Origin: a phage
Sequence record: KM389366.1
DNA length: 534 nt
Strand: one strand, 5' to 3'
A model generated the notes under the pieces. It was not told the origin of the DNA. It did not search any database and saw only the letters and a list, made by a program, of their open reading frames with translations. A program made the translations under genes and the position numbers. Numbering within the stretch: the first letter of the stretch is position 1; each line of letters starts with the position of its first letter. Positions 1 to 534 of the stretch are shown here, one piece after another.

Positions 1-2
1 CC

Positions 3-179
3 GAGTTTCGCAAATGCCTGGCGGAAGTGCGGGCGCAGGCGTTTAATGACCTTTGCTCGGTGTTCGTTAAGAACGCGACGGTTGTCGGGCTGGACGATGG
101 CGACATCGTTACGGTGAAAGAGGCGACGGACGCCCTGCTGGATTGTGCGGAACAGCTTCGCAAAGGAGGAAACAAGTGA
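3..179 (+). CDS. 3' end (58 codons plus stop) of a hypothetical protein, probably a prophage early-region gene; 5' end lies outside the window
   Basis: Frame 3 is open from the window start to TGA at 177-179 and translates to EFRKCLAEVRAQAFNDLCSVFVKNATVVGLDDGDIVTVKEATDALLDCAEQLRKGGNK*. Codon usage is mostly enterobacterial-preferred (CTG, GCG, GAA, AAA, ACG), and the stop overlaps the start of the downstream gene (GTGA), a typical operon arrangement. I recognise no family-defining motif. It is absent from the supplied ORF track, presumably because it has no in-window start. Confidence 0.6.
   Translation, partial: EFRKCLAEVRAQAFNDLCSVFVKNATVVGLDDGDIVTVKEATDALLDCAEQLRKGGNK
163..169 (+). promoter_or_regulatory. 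Shine-Dalgarno ribosome-binding site (AAGGAGG) for the downstream CDS
   Basis: AAGGAGG at 163-169 is a perfect match to the core anti-SD complement, with a 6-nt spacer (AAACAA) before GTG at 176-178. It lies within the last codons (K-G-G) of the upstream CDS. Confidence 0.65.
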
Positions 180-534
180 GCAAGATTGACTATCAGGCAC
201 TGCGTGAAAAGGCAGAGAAAGCAACGTGTGGTGATGGTTGGGGGCGTACATGGCAACTTGTTCCGTTCGGTGGCGCGTCTACTGACCCGCAGATGCTTAA
301 CAAGCGTGGGGAGATGTTCAACTCATGCAAGACATGGCTGAGGCTGGGCGGCATGCTGGATGACCAGGAAACAGCGGACGACCTGTCGGCGGCAGAGTAC
401 AAAGTTCGCGTGGACGGTAAAATCGTTATCGAACCGAAAGAAGATATCAAGGAGCGGCTTGGGCGTTCTCCTGGTAAAGGCGATGCGCTATTGCTGACGT
501 TTGCTTTCCCTGTGTCGAAGCGTCTGCGAATTCC
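176..534 (+). CDS. 5' portion (119 codons seen, continues past window end) of a probable Ead/Ea22-like family prophage protein; start GTG at 176
   Basis: Frame 2 is open from nt 71 to the window end with no in-window stop. GTG 176-178 is the only start with a strong SD and overlaps the upstream TGA as GTGA. Translation: MSKIDYQALREKAEKATCGDGWGRTWQLVPFGGASTDPQMLNKRGEMFNSCKTWLRLGGMLDDQETADDLSAAEYKVRVDGKIVIEPKEDIKERLGRSPGKGDALLLTFAFPVSKRLRI... The N-terminal block I-x-x-QALRE-x-AE-x-A...D-x-WG matches the conserved N-terminus of lambda Ea22 / Ead-like proteins as I recall them; this is from memory, not a search. Codon usage is coding-like with a few rare codons (AGG, CGA, CTA, CGG), typical of prophage genes. 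The family call is tentative; the CDS call itself is firmer. Confidence 0.72.
   Translation, partial: MSKIDYQALREKAEKATCGDGWGRTWQLVPFGGASTDPQMLNKRGEMFNSCKTWLRLGGMLDDQETADDLSAAEYKVRVDGKIVIEPKEDIKERLGRSPGKGDALLLTFAFPVSKRLRI

Noticed and set aside
7-164. 8-mer TTCGCAAA present twice (7-14 and 157-164)
   Set aside because: One or two chance 8-mer repeats are expected in a window of this size, and there is no flanking extension of the match or inverted-repeat structure.
186-191. TTGACT, a near-consensus -35 hexamer
   Set aside because: No acceptable -10 hexamer (TATAAT-like) lies 16-19 bp downstream; the spot is AAAAGG-like. It also sits inside the coding sequence just after the start codon, so it is probably a chance match.
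180-338. Frame-3 + strand open stretch after the upstream stop (about 53 codons to TGA at 339-341)
   Set aside because: It overlaps the downstream CDS out of frame, has no RBS-linked start, and reads as an alternative-frame artefact.
193-450. 85-aa minus-strand ORF from the supplied six-frame track (MISSFGSITILPSTRTL...)
   Set aside because: It lies wholly inside and antisense to the stronger + strand ORF. It starts with TTG (reverse complement of 448-450) and has no Shine-Dalgarno upstream. Its translation is Ser/Pro-rich and low-complexity, typical of an antisense shadow frame. It is most likely not a real gene.
528-533. EcoRI site GAATTC one base from the window end
   Set aside because: A single 6-bp restriction site is expected by chance roughly every few kb. 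It could mark a cloning boundary, but nothing in the sequence shows that.

Overview
This 534-bp window holds two same-strand (+) protein-coding genes, both cut by the window edges, and I see no complete system in it. The upstream gene's 3' end runs in frame 3 from nt 3 to a TGA at 177-179. The downstream gene starts at GTG 176-178 in frame 2 and is open to the window end (119 codons seen). The two meet in a 4-nt GTGA stop/start overlap, preceded by a strong AAGGAGG Shine-Dalgarno at 163-169, which suggests translational coupling within an operon. The downstream protein begins MSKIDYQALREKAEKATCGDGWG, which matches my recollection of the conserved N-terminal signature of lambdoid-phage Ead/Ea22-like proteins (lambda Ea22 begins with a similar ...QALREAAE...DxWG block). 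The window therefore most likely lies in the early accessory (ea) region of a lambdoid prophage in an enterobacterium. Codon usage is enterobacterial-like, and the sequence is moderately GC-rich (not counted precisely). The only ORF in the supplied track (193..450, minus) is antisense to and wholly inside the downstream gene, uses a TTG start with no Shine-Dalgarno, and I judge it spurious. I found no RNA genes, CRISPR repeats, IS ends or convincing terminators. The most notable observation is a possible mosaic domain architecture in the downstream protein, which needs a database search to confirm.
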